DNA of 62,060 nucleotides. Source: a virus. Taxonomy: Duplodnaviria > Caudoviricetes. Location of the stretch: positions 1 through 62,060 of the IMG/VR virus record IMGVR_UViG_3300044970_000368; one strand, given 5' to 3'. The first letter of the stretch is position 1, and every line of letters begins with the position of its first letter. Below are positions 1 through 10,497 of this stretch, one piece after another. The notes under the pieces are model-generated. The model was not told the DNA's origin and did not search any database. It worked only from the letters and a program-made list of their open reading frames with translations. The translations under genes and the position numbers were made by a program.

Positions 1-1170
<1,170 letters not shown>

Positions 1171-1192
1171 GATAAAAATATAAGCTGATGAA

Positions 1193-1222
1193 GTGGCAGG
1201 GTCAACTTAATGACCCTGCCAC
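1193..1222 (-). terminator. GC-rich hairpin after the capsid gene (terminator or mRNA stabiliser)
   Basis: gtggcagggtca-acttaa-tgaccctgccac, a 12-bp perfect stem; the U-tract is weak. Confidence 0.6.
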
Positions 1223-1237
1223 CGATACCAACTTACA

Positions 1238-2431
1238 TTAAGGAATCACACAAGGTGTCGGATTGCCATCAAATGGGCAACGCTTGTAGACAATAGCGCA
1301 CACGTTTTGTGGGCGAAGTGGCTGAATAGCGCGTTGGATTTGATAGATATGCTGACCGAAGTCACCATACAGGTTACAATCGTTGTCGCGGAAGTAAGTC
1401 CACTCCAGTTCGCCCATGGCGAGTTGAGGAGCGAATTTAAATGTGCCTTCGCCAACATAGTTTTCTGGAACAAGGCGTTTGAACGCTTCACCAGCGATAA
1501 CGAACATGACTTCGTATGGAGCGGCAACCCAAGCTGGGTTGCGGCGTTGAGCGAAACCATTCGTAACGGCAGTCGAAACGATTGGGTTGACCAGAGTCAA
1601 GACACCAGCAACGTTTGCAGTGGCGCGGAGAGGCTGTTGGTCGATACCAAAAGCGAAACCACGATAGCCCATGAATTGATAACCACTGATGGACTCTTCA
1701 CCGAGCTTGAAGCTACCAGCGGAGAGATAGAGAAGGTCTTCCTTGACATCAGCGTCATTGCGGAAGGTTTCGATCTGATCGGCAGAAGCAAGAACTTGGA
1801 AGAACTCGCCATCTTTCGTTGCGAAAGGTTCGGCAAGCATCTCTTCGCGGAGGAAAGTTCCAATGCGATAGAGGGTCTTGAAGTTCATTGGCGCATCAGG
1901 CACTTTGTTAGCAAACAAGGTGTTGATCTGCTGCATATCGCCAGTAAGGTTGTTGGCGAAAGTGTCGGTAGAATCAACAACATACTTGATACCACATTGA
2001 ATCAAATACTGATAGCGGATGTCAGCGTTGATGATCTGAAGGATCGTCTTCTCAAGCGAAACTTGAGCTTGAAGATAAGAACCTTTGAAGGCAGTGCGAG
2101 CTTGCTTGACGCAAACGCGTGGGCCTGCACCACGAAGGGTCTGAAGCTGGAACTGATATTCAGTCGAGCCAACCTGATCGGGAGTAGCACCAACGCCGCA
2201 AAGCGAAAGGTCATTCACGAAGGTAGGAGAAGCGAGCGAAGCGGCAGGAACTGCCATTTCCTCAACAACGCTACGAACAACGTCCGAAACGGAAGGCAGA
2301 GTGCCACCATCAATGGAGTTGATGTAAGGGGATTTGCGAGCAAGCACACGGGCAATTTGTCCGATGATGCGGTTTACGTCTTTGCTGGCGAAGTTTTGAA
2401 CTGTCGCCAATGGAATACAATCGTTAGGCAT
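1238..2431 (-). CDS. Major capsid protein
   Basis: 397 aa, downstream of portal and scaffold, long leader, 3' hairpin, strong codon bias. Confidence 0.75.
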   Translation of the reverse strand: MPNDCIPLATVQNFASKDVNRIIGQIARVLARKSPYINSIDGGTLPSVSDVVRSVVEEMAVPAASLASPTFVNDLSLCGVGATPDQVGSTEYQFQLQTLRGAGPRVCVKQARTAFKGSYLQAQVSLEKTILQIINADIRYQYLIQCGIKYVVDSTDTFANNLTGDMQQINTLFANKVPDAPMNFKTLYRIGTFLREEMLAEPFATKDGEFFQVLASADQIETFRNDADVKEDLLYLSAGSFKLGEESISGYQFMGYRGFAFGIDQQPLRATANVAGVLTLVNPIVSTAVTNGFAQRRNPAWVAAPYEVMFVIAGEAFKRLVPENYVGEGTFKFAPQLAMGELEWTYFRDNDCNLYGDFGQHIYQIQRAIQPLRPQNVCAIVYKRCPFDGNPTPCVIP

Positions 2432-2715
2432 AATATTTGTTTTCTAATTTAGTTTTGTTTGTGTTTTGGGTTTTTGTTCTGCTTGAACCGACCCGTTGTT
2501 TAGAAAACTTCGGGAACGACATTCAAGTTGCTGGAATACCATTTTCGTGATGTCACGAAATTGGTCATCCTGCTTTGTTTCTTGTTTGTTCGCCCCGGCA
2601 CGCTGGGCTTGTTGTGCGGCCTGTAGTGTGGATTCTTTGACTTCCACGGAGTCACCATATACGGAATGGCTCGCCGAGATATTTACGGACTGCAATATTT
2701 TTCAAAAGTTGTCAA
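2432..2715 (-). promoter_or_regulatory. Structured ~250-nt leader of the capsid gene with an upstream TTGACA
   Basis: TTGACA at 2715-2710 (no clear -10), several hairpins, A-rich tract before the ATG. Confidence 0.5.
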
Positions 2716-2747
2716 CAATAATTTTATAAAATATTTTCAAAAAATAT

Positions 2748-2776
2748 TTGACATAGAATCAATCGTCTCGTAGGTT
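2748..2776 (+). promoter_or_regulatory. Sigma70-type promoter facing against the genome's coding direction
   Basis: TTGACA-17bp-TAGGTT with AT-rich upstream sequence. Confidence 0.65.
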
Positions 2777-2782
2777 GCTTTC

Positions 2783-3273
2783 ATCTTACTTGAATCGAGC
2801 AGGGTTCAAGACGAAAAACATTTTCCCTTCTGGTAAAAATAAACCCGTCTTGGTGCTGCTCCATCAAGGCGGGTTTTTACTTGGCATGAAGCTCACGCGG
2901 TTCCCCAAAGTAGCTCGCAAAGGTGCTATATCTGTGAGCGAAATATGACAGAGACAATGGCGACGATCCCTTGGGTTTACTTGCCAAGTTTACGCACATG
3001 ACTGGAATGATGAAGCCATGCCAATCAGTCACAATTATCATATCGTTGGTTTCAACAATATGATTTTTGAATACACGCCACAGCGATGTGGGCGAAGGTG
3101 CTATTGAGGGTGAATGTTGAGTGTTGGTGCGGCCCGATAAAGACAATAGCATTTATGTCGAAATGCCATACTGCCGATTCCTATACGGAATGAGTATTGT
3201 TCAAGACACTTCATCACCATAACAGGCGAAGTGTCTCTTGCCGCCAACCTCAAGCCTTCCAGAATGAGTATTG
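2783..3273 (+). ncRNA. Candidate structured ncRNA with a 5' kissing-loop pair
   Basis: Loops GAGCAG (2797-2802) and CTGCTC (2856-2861) are exact complements. G-U pairs favour the + strand. Further stems extend to ~3240 and there is no credible ORF. Confidence 0.6.
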
Positions 3274-3849
3274 CTACATGAGTGATGCCATGATTTCAGA
3301 CTTTGGCTTATCACTTTTTTCAATGTGTCGAACTTGGTTTAGCATATCCGACAATTTGCTTTCTACTTCGAGAATTTCGGATTCAAAGCGGAGTTTGTTG
3401 TCAACAAAAAAATCTTCTTGAATAAATTTGCTCATTACGGCAGCGCAATGCTCGCGTGTTGCAAAAAACAAGTAGCATGGTTCTCCAGAAACGATGTTGA
3501 GAGTAGATTCAAATCTGACCGCATCGTGTGGAGTGAAATTGATATTGACAACATCGTAATCGCTCATCCACCCACCTCCTGCCGCATGAAGCGCAGACCA
3601 GCGGGAATATCGAGCAATAATCTGCGGGAAGACGTGTTGGTAGTCCATTGGCAAGTCAAATGACATCTTCATTATTTTCGCCATGAACTTTTGATATGCG
3701 TTGCTGGCTTGCGCGTGTGAGCGATTAAGCATCACGCAATCCCAACCATTTTTTTCCCACGATGTCTTCCAATAGTTTGCGCGAGCAAATTGCTCTGCTT
3801 GCGGCAATGTCTGGATACTTTCGTAATATGAGTAGATTTTAGGTTTCAT
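3274..3849 (-). CDS. Putative DXD-type (GT-A) glycosyltransferase
   Basis: WKTSWEKNGW and RWSALHAAGGGWMSDYDV motifs. Confidence 0.6.
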   Translation of the reverse strand: MKPKIYSYYESIQTLPQAEQFARANYWKTSWEKNGWDCVMLNRSHAQASNAYQKFMAKIMKMSFDLPMDYQHVFPQIIARYSRWSALHAAGGGWMSDYDVVNINFTPHDAVRFESTLNIVSGEPCYLFFATREHCAAVMSKFIQEDFFVDNKLRFESEILEVESKLSDMLNQVRHIEKSDKPKSEIMASLM

Positions 3850-4802
3850 TAATACGATTTGTAACCAACGTGGAATACTGGAATTCCAAGATCGATGTGC
3901 GGTTGATGACCTGCATCTTTTGCGCGTTTGCAGAACGAAATGTCATCTGGAAAGAAAAACCCTCCTTGACGCTCGCCAATGTCAGCAAATACGCGACGAT
4001 GGATCAGCATACATCCAGAACCAGTCCAATCTACAGGCACAATCTCTTCGGGATATGATTTGGCTTTTGATCCCAAATCTTTGTTTGAGCAAACAATTGA
4101 ATCCGCGAGTTGGTTTTCAAAGTATGCTGCGCCAATAATAGATTTCCCACTTCCGATTAATCGATGGATAACATGACGCTGCAATGCGGAATCTTGCACG
4201 TTTTGTGCCGCTCCAATCGTTGACTTTGCCCATGCTGGTCTTCCAATGGATGGAACAATGTCATTGTCGATCAAAAGCAGGTATTTTGCGTCTGTCTGAA
4301 GGAACTTTTTAGCAAGCTCGTTTTTGCCATGATAAAAATTACCAGTTGTTGCAAAGTCAAAGCGGATTTTGTCTCGCCCAAAGTCAAGTGCCATGTTGAT
4401 CATGGAAAATGCGGTAATCGGGTTTGTTTGCTTTACGGCAGAGAACCCAACGAAGATATCTCGACCAGCAAACTCTGTTCGGTAGCTCGGCAACCCTTCA
4501 GAAGATCGGGACTCTACAATTGGTTGCTGTAATGGCAATGTTTTGTGTGGTTCCTCTTCAATTTGTGGTTCTGGAACCGCATTTTCGATGGTTTCCAGAG
4601 GTTTTGTCTCGTTCTGTGTGCCAATATCAACATTACGATCCTCATTTTGCTCAGTTACCTCCTCTTTTGGCTTGCGTCCGGGCTTTTTTGCAACCTTGGG
4701 TTGATTTAGAGGTTGCGTAGGAACGCCATTACGCGCAAATGGATCAAAATTGTCCAATGCGTTCATTGTAATGCGTTCATCTGGTGATATTTTTACTTCC
4801 AT
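3849..4802 (-). CDS. GT2-like glycosyltransferase with a disordered N-terminal extension
   Basis: YLLLIDNDIVP, TGSGCMLIHRRVF, DDISFCKRAKDAG, FHVG motifs. Confidence 0.75.
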   Translation of the reverse strand: MEVKISPDERITMNALDNFDPFARNGVPTQPLNQPKVAKKPGRKPKEEVTEQNEDRNVDIGTQNETKPLETIENAVPEPQIEEEPHKTLPLQQPIVESRSSEGLPSYRTEFAGRDIFVGFSAVKQTNPITAFSMINMALDFGRDKIRFDFATTGNFYHGKNELAKKFLQTDAKYLLLIDNDIVPSIGRPAWAKSTIGAAQNVQDSALQRHVIHRLIGSGKSIIGAAYFENQLADSIVCSNKDLGSKAKSYPEEIVPVDWTGSGCMLIHRRVFADIGERQGGFFFPDDISFCKRAKDAGHQPHIDLGIPVFHVGYKSY

Positions 4803-4853
4803 AGTGTCAATTTATAACAAGTTTATCGTAGTTTATGCTAACTTTATAATAAT

Positions 4854-6137
4854 TTACAATCCTGCCTCATCCAAACCAAGGTCAATTGCGTCTGCGGCAT
4901 TCATTTTAATCCGATCAGACAAATTTGATGGTTTATTTGATGACTGACTTGTCACTGTCTGCTTTGGCAACTTGGAACTGCCCTTGAGCTTGTTGTTTTC
5001 GGAAGTGAGTTGCTTGATTTGATCCATGAGTGCGTTCTTTTGCGCCTGCTCGGTGCGTAGCTGCTCTGTAAGCACATGACTGAAAACGGCAGATGCAGCG
5101 ACATTGGCGCGTTCCTGTGCCGTTGTAGGCCACAACGCAGAGTTGAACTTGGTCGCCAAGTCTCCAACCCGTTTATTGTGTTCCTCAACCTGCTTCAGTT
5201 GCTCTGGAGTTGCATTTTGCAGAGGCTCAACAAACCTTGCCCACGGGAGGTCTTTTGTAATCTCCTCCATGTAATTGTCAATCTGCTCAACTTCCTTGCC
5301 ATACCATTCTTTATTTTGCGTTTCGCGTTGAGTTAGGATTTCTTCAGCGTGATCAGCGGCATGAGAAATTTCAGCTTCTTGCTTTTCCTTGAGTTCTGAA
5401 ACATCGACAAGACCACGTTTGAGCCTTTCAGAGTCTGTCAATGGCAGTTTCTGAAATGCAGACTGTTTCCAAAAACTATCTGCAACTTTATCCGGGCCTC
5501 CAGCGTCTTCAATCGACTTGATTACATCATCTCCAGCACCATGCTTTCTTAAAATTCCATATATACTTTCTTTGGCACTTTGGATTGGTGCTTCGTATTT
5601 GCTTTGGAACTCTGGATCGTTTTTGATGTCGAAGATTGCGCGGAACTTTTTGAGTTCTTCGTAGTCTTGCGGGATTTCTTTCCGCTGCTCCGCTTCGGAG
5701 AGTCGTTGACGCAGAACTTCTGCTTCGGCGGCTTGTTGCTTGTATTGACTTGCAGTTTCTTGAAGTTTGCGCCAGTTGCTTTGGTTTTTCTCCGAGAGAT
5801 TTCGAGGTTGCTCGATAGCGGCAATTTCTGGATCGATGTCGATTTTTGGCTCGACTGGTTGCTGCGGTTCTGGCTGAACATTGCTCTGACTCTCTTGAGT
5901 TGGTTTTTCGCCCTGCGTTTCCGTAGGAACAACTGAATCTTCAAGTGAATTGTCTGTATTTTCTCCAGTATCAGTAGTATTAGGTTGTTCATTGTTTTCT
6001 GTAGTTTCTCCAAGTGCTTCATCAAGCAAGTTGTCAATTGTTGCGCTTGTGGTTTCGTCGATTGGGTCTGAGTCAAGACTTGGGTTTCCAAATCCTGTTA
6101 CGTCTGGTTCTACTGTGTTTTCGTTGGTATCTGTCAT
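4854..6137 (-). CDS. Capsid scaffolding protein (putative)
   Basis: Acidic, disordered N-terminus, coiled coils, lies between portal and capsid; likely start MTDTNEN. Confidence 0.6.
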   Translation of the reverse strand: MTDTNENTVEPDVTGFGNPSLDSDPIDETTSATIDNLLDEALGETTENNEQPNTTDTGENTDNSLEDSVVPTETQGEKPTQESQSNVQPEPQQPVEPKIDIDPEIAAIEQPRNLSEKNQSNWRKLQETASQYKQQAAEAEVLRQRLSEAEQRKEIPQDYEELKKFRAIFDIKNDPEFQSKYEAPIQSAKESIYGILRKHGAGDDVIKSIEDAGGPDKVADSFWKQSAFQKLPLTDSERLKRGLVDVSELKEKQEAEISHAADHAEEILTQRETQNKEWYGKEVEQIDNYMEEITKDLPWARFVEPLQNATPEQLKQVEEHNKRVGDLATKFNSALWPTTAQERANVAASAVFSHVLTEQLRTEQAQKNALMDQIKQLTSENNKLKGSSKLPKQTVTSQSSNKPSNLSDRIKMNAADAIDLGLDEAGL

Positions 6138-6141
6138 AAAT

Positions 6142-6396
6142 TTATTTCGTTGATTTAGCTCCCGCACATTTCCATTTGCGGCGGCTTAAATTATTTGGTG
6201 TATTTGGATCGTTTTGTTTGCTTGCAGGAAGTGCTTTTTTAATGCCTAAACTTCTGGCGCAATAAGAATCGCCTTTACTGGTTCCCGGTGCTATCTTTGC
6301 GCCTTTCTGCCCATAGGATACTTTTTTAGTCCTGACAGTTGCTTTGTTCTTAACAATCTTAACCGACTTCTTGCCTTTTGCTGGTGCTGATTTCAT
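6142..6396 (-). CDS. Small basic phage protein
   Basis: 84 aa, K-rich, VSYGQKG, SYCARS and SRRKWKC motifs. Confidence 0.7.
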   Translation of the reverse strand: MKSAPAKGKKSVKIVKNKATVRTKKVSYGQKGAKIAPGTSKGDSYCARSLGIKKALPASKQNDPNTPNNLSRRKWKCAGAKSTK

Positions 6397-6551
6397 TTCT
6401 TTTTTTCTGTTGTCGCTGATTGTTTAATTGCCTTTGCAGTAGGTGCGCCTTTGCTTCCAACTTTCCTCATTTTCTCGCCACTACCAGCGGCGATGCGTTC
6501 ACGTTTTGCGTGGATGTTAGCCCACAATCCTTGTTGTTTAGTTTTTGCCAT
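6393..6551 (-). CDS. Small basic phage protein (52 aa, not in ORF track)
   Basis: MAKTKQQGLWANIHAKRERIAAGSGEKMRKVGSKGAP; stop overlaps the next start. Confidence 0.75.
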   Translation of the reverse strand: MAKTKQQGLWANIHAKRERIAAGSGEKMRKVGSKGAPTAKAIKQSATTEKKK

Positions 6552-6553
6552 AA

Positions 6554-6793
6554 TTACATTGCGGTAAAATTACCAGAGGTTGCGTCTTGGTTTTCCTCCA
6601 TTTCAAAAGCAAGCGTTTGCAGTTCGCGAATAGCGAATTCAAAACCTTCTTTAAACTTTGCTTGCAACGCAACTTCTTCAATAGATTTACCATCGCACAA
6701 CGGAATGCGTGAGCGGTAATATTCTATCAATTTATTACCAGATTTATTTAAATATTCCCGTAAGGTAACGCTATCTGCGCTTGTCCACTTCAT
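6554..6793 (-). CDS. Hypothetical protein, portal-proximal
   Basis: 79-aa ORF with A-rich upstream sequence. Confidence 0.7.
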   Translation of the reverse strand: MKWTSADSVTLREYLNKSGNKLIEYYRSRIPLCDGKSIEEVALQAKFKEGFEFAIRELQTLAFEMEENQDATSGNFTAM

Positions 6794-6826
6794 AATTTAT
6801 TATTTATTTGTTTATTGCAGGATAGC

Positions 6827-7495
6827 TTATCGCAACCCTGCATCAATGGCATCATACGACGACATTGGCTTTTTAGTCAAATTAATATCTTCTTTTTTAA
6901 TAACGGATGCTGGATCAACTTTTTTTGCATCGCGTCCAAATGCGTTAGGAGTAGATGAGTTGTTGTCAAATTTAGCATATGCGTCTGCTGTTTCTTGAGA
7001 CATACCTTCTCCGCGATCAGGTTGTGCTTCCTGCATCGCGTATTTCTTGTAGTTCTTCAGTGCTTGTGAGTTTGATCCGCCCATAGTGTTATTTTGTTTT
7101 TGTTGTTTTGGAACAGAAAAATATCTATCCCCAAATTTTTTAATTTCAAATCCTCTTTCTGCTTCTCCTTCTACCAAGTAATTGTGAGTTGGGTGACTTG
7201 CTCCTTTTAAAACAATATAAGCCTCACCAGAAGGAAGTCCATACTCTTTATATTTTTGGTAAATATTTTGATTGACAGGAGCAACTGAACCCATGTGTCC
7301 AAAATTTTCTCCCGGAGTTAAATCTGGCAGCATTCCAGCATCTTCTGCTGTTGCATAATCATAGTCGCTACTGTCAGCATTAAATTGTTTGTTTAAAACT
7401 TGCTGCCTATCTTTTTGCACTTCTGGAGAATATTGCGATCCATTTGTGCTTGCAATTGAGTTTTGACCTCTTGCTTGATAGTTAGCTCCACCCAT
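6827..7495 (-). CDS. Hypothetical virion-associated protein
   Basis: Likely start MGGANYQ directly after the portal stop; ends DAIDAGLR. Confidence 0.65.
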   Translation of the reverse strand: MGGANYQARGQNSIASTNGSQYSPEVQKDRQQVLNKQFNADSSDYDYATAEDAGMLPDLTPGENFGHMGSVAPVNQNIYQKYKEYGLPSGEAYIVLKGASHPTHNYLVEGEAERGFEIKKFGDRYFSVPKQQKQNNTMGGSNSQALKNYKKYAMQEAQPDRGEGMSQETADAYAKFDNNSSTPNAFGRDAKKVDPASVIKKEDINLTKKPMSSYDAIDAGLR

Positions 7496-7496
7496 A

Positions 7497-9914
7497 TTAT
7501 CCTGCTGTAACTGGTTTCGGAGGATTGGCGATTGCGTCAATCGTTCCAAGTTGTGTTGGTGCTGCTTGCTCTGTCATTTCGCCAACAGCCCTTGCCTGTG
7601 CAACAACTGGCCTGCGTCCTCCTCCTCCAGATGGCAATCCTGCTCCTGCCGCTGGTTGTAATTCTTCTGGTGGTGGCGTTCCGTGACCCGCTGTGAGATG
7701 ATCAAAAGCTTGCTTTGCTGCCTGCTTGTATTGCGTCACTTGCTGCGAATTTGCACCTTTAGCTTCGGCTTGTCCAATGTGCATCATAAAATGCTGCAAC
7801 GCTTTCATAAATGGCGCAACCATTTCTGGAGGCAATGCGCCTGCTGGAGCTTGCTCAATGAGCGGCATAAGTTTTTGCGCCATCGTATCAAGGTGAACAA
7901 TGTCATTGTCTCTCGGAGAGACAGGAACGTCTTGTCCCGCGATGATAGATTGCAACTCGATAATCTGCTGGCGAGTAGCTTCAATTGCCAACGCTTCCAC
8001 CTGATCTTTTGGAAGGATAACTTGGTTTGCAATGCTTTCACCCATCTTGCGTGACCAATCGAGCTTCAGCAACTCGTCTTGGTTGACTTGCGGATTGCCC
8101 ATATAACGCTGGATCATTAGATCAAGCATCGCGTTGTCCTGCGCCTGCGTGTCAGGCAGCAACTCTTCCGCTGGACTATATGCCATGAGCAAGATGTCAG
8201 CAGGAGGAAGATTGCGTTCAAGCATATTCAAGCAACAGAAAATTGCGTCTTCATCCAAATGATCTGGAATCTCGAAAGGCACAAGGAACGATGGCAAATC
8301 CATCACGGAGCGATCAAAAGCATCAACAACTTCACGCCTTGCCCATGTCGCGCTTGGAACCATTTGACGAGCGATGTCAAGACGAGTTTTAAGTTCAGCG
8401 GCAGCCTTGACGTGTTCTGGATGACAGATGCCTCGTTGCATACGCTCAACTGCTTTGCTGTATTGTTTCGTCCAGCGCATTAGGATGCCTTCGCGGAGTT
8501 GGTTTTCAATAGCGGCAACGCGATTTACTTCAGATGCTGTGCGTTTCCCACCTTGCGCTTCCATTGGCATTCCGGGGAGGAACGTGCCAACCTGAATTTC
8601 AGCAAGACCAGAAATAAACTGATCCAGTCGCAGGAAATCATCAACATCCGCTGGCAAGTTTTGCGGAATGACCTCATATCCTTCCGCGATATAGCAGATA
8701 GGATGATGGACAGTCAGAGGTGCTGCGCCTGCCTTTGCATTCGGGCCTTTCTTGAGCAACAACATTCCTTTTAGGTAAACATTGTCCACAACAAGATTTC
8801 GAGCTTTGTCAACTGCAATATGCGTGTTGTAAAGGTCGCGTCCTGCACCACGGGAACCCATGAGATTTCCGTTGCCGATCTCGATGGCAAACAATGCGAG
8901 GCATTCGCTCATCGCGTTGTATCGATCAATCTGTGTGCAGATTTCGTCTCCGCTTTTATCGTCAAACAAAAATCGGCTAATCTTGCCGTGCGGTTCTTTC
9001 ACCAGCAACTCGCCAAGCTCAACATACTTTGCGTCATTCTCGTAGCTTGCGCCATACGATCCTTCACGAATCCAGTCCTCGTAACGACGAGCGTCATCAT
9101 CAGAATCCAGAGTTCTACCAGCGGGAATTGCGTTGTTTATTGACTTAATAAGATTCTTGATATGCCATCCTGCCATTGCTGCCATCTGCGGGTCTTCAAG
9201 GACTGGAAGCAATTCCGCAATCTGGTATCGGCGTTTCCTCGCCCAAATCGGAGTTGCATCAACTTCTTGCGGAGTTTCGATTGAAAAGAAAGTATAATCT
9301 TGGCGCAAGAATTCTGGTTTCCAATCGCGCAAATCGTCCCAACATAGACCACAAAATCCAAATGTGGTATTTTCGTGAACAACTTGTGCCACGATGTCAT
9401 CGTGACCACTCCAACCACGGATGCACTTGGTAATCTCTTCGCGGAAAACTTTTGTCTTGTTTTCTGCGTCTACTCCTTCAACTGGATACTTGGAGAAGGT
9501 GAGAGTTGTAGCCTGCTCGATGACCTGCCTAAAAGGAGGTTGAATTCGACTAACCATCGTGGAAAGAAAACCAGTAGGACGATTAGAACGCCAATTTTGA
9601 CCCATGCTTTCCAGCTTCTTTGCAGCGTATGGAGGTTCATTGTTGAGTTTCTTTTGAATCAGTTGATTCTTCCTATTCCTCTCGACATTCTGCTGTTTAA
9701 GCCTGCGATACGCAGAGTGCGCTTGTGACGCATCCTTGAATGTCCGCTTAACCTGCAAAGTATCTTTATTGACAACATCGTTATTACCAACGGCAGGATC
9801 AATAACATCCAAGTCAAGAATGCGAGGCTTGTCATAAGCGTTCGTAATGCGAGGTGATTTTGTCGCATAGGTATCCGTTACGATAGCGGGAAGTGGTTTA
9901 AGGACATCTGCCAT
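7497..9914 (-). CDS. Portal protein
   Basis: 805 aa, downstream of terL, RTASEVNR portal-type motif, Q/P-rich C-terminus. Confidence 0.75.
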   Translation of the reverse strand: MADVLKPLPAIVTDTYATKSPRITNAYDKPRILDLDVIDPAVGNNDVVNKDTLQVKRTFKDASQAHSAYRRLKQQNVERNRKNQLIQKKLNNEPPYAAKKLESMGQNWRSNRPTGFLSTMVSRIQPPFRQVIEQATTLTFSKYPVEGVDAENKTKVFREEITKCIRGWSGHDDIVAQVVHENTTFGFCGLCWDDLRDWKPEFLRQDYTFFSIETPQEVDATPIWARKRRYQIAELLPVLEDPQMAAMAGWHIKNLIKSINNAIPAGRTLDSDDDARRYEDWIREGSYGASYENDAKYVELGELLVKEPHGKISRFLFDDKSGDEICTQIDRYNAMSECLALFAIEIGNGNLMGSRGAGRDLYNTHIAVDKARNLVVDNVYLKGMLLLKKGPNAKAGAAPLTVHHPICYIAEGYEVIPQNLPADVDDFLRLDQFISGLAEIQVGTFLPGMPMEAQGGKRTASEVNRVAAIENQLREGILMRWTKQYSKAVERMQRGICHPEHVKAAAELKTRLDIARQMVPSATWARREVVDAFDRSVMDLPSFLVPFEIPDHLDEDAIFCCLNMLERNLPPADILLMAYSPAEELLPDTQAQDNAMLDLMIQRYMGNPQVNQDELLKLDWSRKMGESIANQVILPKDQVEALAIEATRQQIIELQSIIAGQDVPVSPRDNDIVHLDTMAQKLMPLIEQAPAGALPPEMVAPFMKALQHFMMHIGQAEAKGANSQQVTQYKQAAKQAFDHLTAGHGTPPPEELQPAAGAGLPSGGGGRRPVVAQARAVGEMTEQAAPTQLGTIDAIANPPKPVTAG

Positions 9915-9915
9915 A

Positions 9916-10497
9916 TTATTTAATAGTCATCCAACAATGTTCTGGAAGAGAAGTTGCTTGAGAAAGTTTTGATTTGTCAAAGAAAATTGCACTGCGATTG
10001 TCATGCCTCATCAACTCGCATCCACCTAATTTGCTTGACGATCTTGTATCTCGACCATTGCGGATTGAAGCAGAAATGCGTTCAGTTGCAGAAACGCACG
10101 ATCCGCATCCTCCTCGCCAATTTTTATTGTATTGACAACTCTTGCAAGTCTTGGCTCGTTGCTCGGCAAGATCATCCGAAACAAGGTTGTTAGCAGTCTT
10201 GGAGTTCAGAAGATTTTTAGCCCAAATCGTAATATCATTCAGCAAAGTTTGCTGACTTGTTTCTGGATGGATTGAAGTCACAACAACCATGTCAACTCCA
10301 TGACAAAAATTAGGCCAGTTGGAACAAATGTAGCTATTAACATCTCCTTCAACGTCTCCAACTGACAGATGATTTTCGGCGCGATAATTCTCAACTGCTT
10401 TTAACAATCCCTCGTAAGAATGCGATGTCAATTTAGCGTCAGAGTCGTAGTAGTGCCACCCTCCCGGTGGAACCATACCGATAATTACTTTTGCCAT
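9916..10497 (-). CDS. Cys-rich hypothetical protein
   Basis: 8 Cys including CKSC and CGSC. Confidence 0.7.
   Translation of the reverse strand: MAKVIIGMVPPGGWHYYDSDAKLTSHSYEGLLKAVENYRAENHLSVGDVEGDVNSYICSNWPNFCHGVDMVVVTSIHPETSQQTLLNDITIWAKNLLNSKTANNLVSDDLAEQRAKTCKSCQYNKNWRGGCGSCVSATERISASIRNGRDTRSSSKLGGCELMRHDNRSAIFFDKSKLSQATSLPEHCWMTIK

Noticed and set aside
1307-2452. 381-aa + strand ORF antisense to the capsid gene
   Set aside because: Codon-registered shadow of a strongly biased gene; no recognisable motifs
2444-3152. Short ORFs 2444..2695 and 2877..3152
   Set aside because: No protein-like features and non-ATG starts; the region is better explained by RNA structure
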